The notes under the pieces are model-generated. The model did no database searches, had not been told where the DNA came from, and worked only from the letters and a program-made list of their open reading frames with translations. A stretch of 17,114 nt of DNA from Flavobacteriales bacterium (GTDB lineage: Bacteria > Bacteroidota > Bacteroidia > Flavobacteriales_D > Sanyastnellaceae): NCBI GenBank assembly GCA_046153915.1, contig JBJXFC010000048.1:1-17114 (forward strand). Reading direction: 5' to 3'. A program made the position numbers and the translations under genes. Positions 15,481-17,114 of this stretch are shown piece after piece (the first letter of the stretch is position 1; every line of letters begins with the position of its first letter).

Positions 15481-16644
15481 ATGAAAGATTTTTCAGGTAA
15501 AGCATTTGGCACGAGAGCCATACATGCCGGACAAGAGCCGGATCCCACAACAGGAGCCATCATGACTCCCATTTATCAAACCTCAACGTATGTTCAGGAA
15601 GCGCCGGCTCAGCACAAAGGGTATGCTTATGCGCGCGGTAAAAATCCAACACGTGTGGCATTGGAAAGTTGTCTTGCTTCATTGGAAAACGCAACATATT
15701 GCCTGTGTTTTAGCAGTGGAATGGGAGCCGCAGATACCATTATCAAATTGCTCAATCCGGGTGATGAAGTAATTGCCACAGACGATTTGTATGGTGGTTC
15801 GTACCGCATGTTTACCAAAGTGTTTGCGAAATACGGCATTCAATTTCATTTCGTGGATATGCATGATAAAGCGGCAGTAGATGCGCTTGTCAATCCAAAA
15901 ACCAAAATGCTGTGGATTGAAACGCCCACCAATCCGATGATGAAAATTATCGATATAACATACTTCACAACGCTTGCGAAAAAGCACAATATCATATCGG
16001 TTGTAGACAACACATTTGCATCTCCTTATCTGCAGAATCCACTGGATCTCGGAGCAGATATCGTGATGCACAGTGCTACAAAATACCTCGGTGGACACAG
16101 CGATGTTGTGATGGGTGCGCTGATGACAAACAACAAAGAGCACTACGATCAACTGGCATTTATTACGAATTCATGTGGTCCGGTTCCTGGTCCTCAGGAT
16201 TCCTTTCTTGTTTTGCGCGGACTGAAGACTTTGCATTTGCGCATGAAGGCACATTGTGCCAATGGCAAATTGGTTGCCGAATTTTTGCGCGCGCATTCAA
16301 AGGTTGGAAAGGTGTATTGGCCGGGGTTTGCAGATCATCCCAATCACGATGTTGCGAAACAACAAATGCGTGATTTTGGAGGAATGATTTCATTTACACT
16401 CAAGAGCGATTCATTTGAAGAGGCATCGAAGCTTGCCCAGTCATTGGAAGTATTTTCATTGGCAGAATCGCTGGGTGGAGTAGAATCATTGGTAGGACAT
16501 CCGGCTTCGATGACCCATGCATCCATTCCGAAAGCAGACCGCGAAAAAACCGGGCTGGTTGATTCCCTTTTGAGATTGAGTGTGGGGGTGGAGGAGGGCG
16601 ATGATCTGGTAAATGATCTTCGTCAGGCATTGGAAAAAATTTGA
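15481..16644 (+). CDS. PLP-dependent enzyme of the trans-sulfuration family (cystathionine gamma-synthase, cystathionine beta/gamma-lyase or methionine gamma-lyase type).
   Basis: 387 aa. The PLP-lysine motif SATKYLGGHSDVVMG is present, along with the N-terminal AIHAG...TGA..PIYQTSTY motif, DNTFASPY and the typical length. The exact activity (MetB, MetC, CGL or MGL) cannot be told from sequence alone. Confidence 0.9.
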   Translation: MKDFSGKAFGTRAIHAGQEPDPTTGAIMTPIYQTSTYVQEAPAQHKGYAYARGKNPTRVALESCLASLENATYCLCFSSGMGAADTIIKLLNPGDEVIATDDLYGGSYRMFTKVFAKYGIQFHFVDMHDKAAVDALVNPKTKMLWIETPTNPMMKIIDITYFTTLAKKHNIISVVDNTFASPYLQNPLDLGADIVMHSATKYLGGHSDVVMGALMTNNKEHYDQLAFITNSCGPVPGPQDSFLVLRGLKTLHLRMKAHCANGKLVAEFLRAHSKVGKVYWPGFADHPNHDVAKQQMRDFGGMISFTLKSDSFEEASKLAQSLEVFSLAESLGGVESLVGHPASMTHASIPKADREKTGLVDSLLRLSVGVEEGDDLVNDLRQALEKI

Positions 16645-16670
16645 TATCGTGAAGCACATTTGAGGCCGTT

Positions 16671-17114
16671 ATGAAAAAAGAAAAAATTGTAGTTGTAGGC
16701 GCCGGACTGGTAGGCAGTTTGTGGGCGATCTATTTATCCAAACGCGGACACCATGTGCGGGTTTTTGATCGCCGTCCCGATATCCGCCAGATGAAAGTGG
16801 TGCAAGGGAAAAGTATCAATCTTGCATTAAGTGATCGCGGATGGCGCGGACTGGAAGGCGCGGGAATCAAAGAGGACATCATGCAGGTGGCATTGCCCAT
16901 GAGCGGGAGATTGATGCATGCCGTTGATGGAACTTTGACCTATCAACCTTACGGCAAAGAAGGACAAGCGATTTACAGTGTATCACGCGGATTGCTTAAT
17001 CAGACTTTATTGCATTGTGCGGACAGAGCCGAAAACGTAGAGTTGGTATTTAATCAGCGTTGTTCGGATATTGATCTTGCCACCAATACAATTCATTTTC
17101 ATGATGATGCGACA
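16671..17114 (+). CDS. FAD-dependent aromatic-ring monooxygenase, 5' part only. It is most similar to kynurenine 3-monooxygenase.
   Basis: An ATG at 16671 is followed by 148 sense codons that run off the right edge. The protein has the FAD dinucleotide-binding motif KIVVVGAGLVGSLWAIYLSKRGHHVRVFDRRPD. It also has a KSINLALSDRG motif, which I recall as characteristic of kynurenine 3-monooxygenase. The subfamily assignment relies on memory. Confidence 0.7.
   Translation, partial: MKKEKIVVVGAGLVGSLWAIYLSKRGHHVRVFDRRPDIRQMKVVQGKSINLALSDRGWRGLEGAGIKEDIMQVALPMSGRLMHAVDGTLTYQPYGKEGQAIYSVSRGLLNQTLLHCADRAENVELVFNQRCSDIDLATNTIHFHDDAT

Noticed and set aside
1-17114. A search for mobile elements, CRISPR arrays, tRNA/rRNA genes and defence systems.
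   Set aside because: I found no direct-repeat/spacer periodicity, no tRNA-like cloverleaf segments, and no integrase, transposase or restriction/abortive-infection motifs in any of the supplied translations. Every sizeable ORF is accounted for by housekeeping or envelope functions.

Overview
This 17.1-kb window reads as ordinary chromosomal core DNA, most likely from a Bacteroidota genome (an inference from the lack of Shine-Dalgarno sequences before starts, 4-nt ATGA and 0-nt gene junctions, and the gene content). It is tightly packed with protein-coding genes, and the only long intergenic regions are 239 bp and 224 bp. I found no tRNA, rRNA, CRISPR array, transposase, integrase, toxin-antitoxin or phage genes.

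Eleven genes run on the minus strand across 1..14811, in transcription order from right to left:
- a membrane-embedded synthase-like GT2 glycosyltransferase;
- an orphan DppC/OppC-type ABC permease;
- GDP-L-fucose synthase (fcl);
- a ~535-aa outer-membrane protein;
- a WecA/MraY-family sugar-phosphate transferase;
- adenylosuccinate synthase (purA);
- a ~517-aa OstA/LptA-like repeat protein;
- a 574-aa secreted protein of unknown function;
- a flotillin (SPFH) protein with 33-nt Ala/Glu repeats, followed by a clear intrinsic terminator;
- a beta-lactamase-family serine hydrolase;
- a truncated hypothetical ORF running off the left edge.

Three genes lie on the plus strand after 14856: ruvC, a Cys/Met-family PLP enzyme, and a truncated kynurenine 3-monooxygenase-like flavoprotein.

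I see no clear novel system. The candidates worth follow-up are:
- the 0-nt junction between the GT2 synthase and the ABC permease, inside a glycan-biosynthesis gene string;
- the pairing of the OstA-like protein with the unknown secreted protein;
- the structured 239-bp region upstream of the flotillin gene;
- homopolymer tracts inside two coding regions;
- non-ATG starts on purA and the wecA-like gene.

Every product call rests on motifs I recognise in the supplied translations. No database search was possible.
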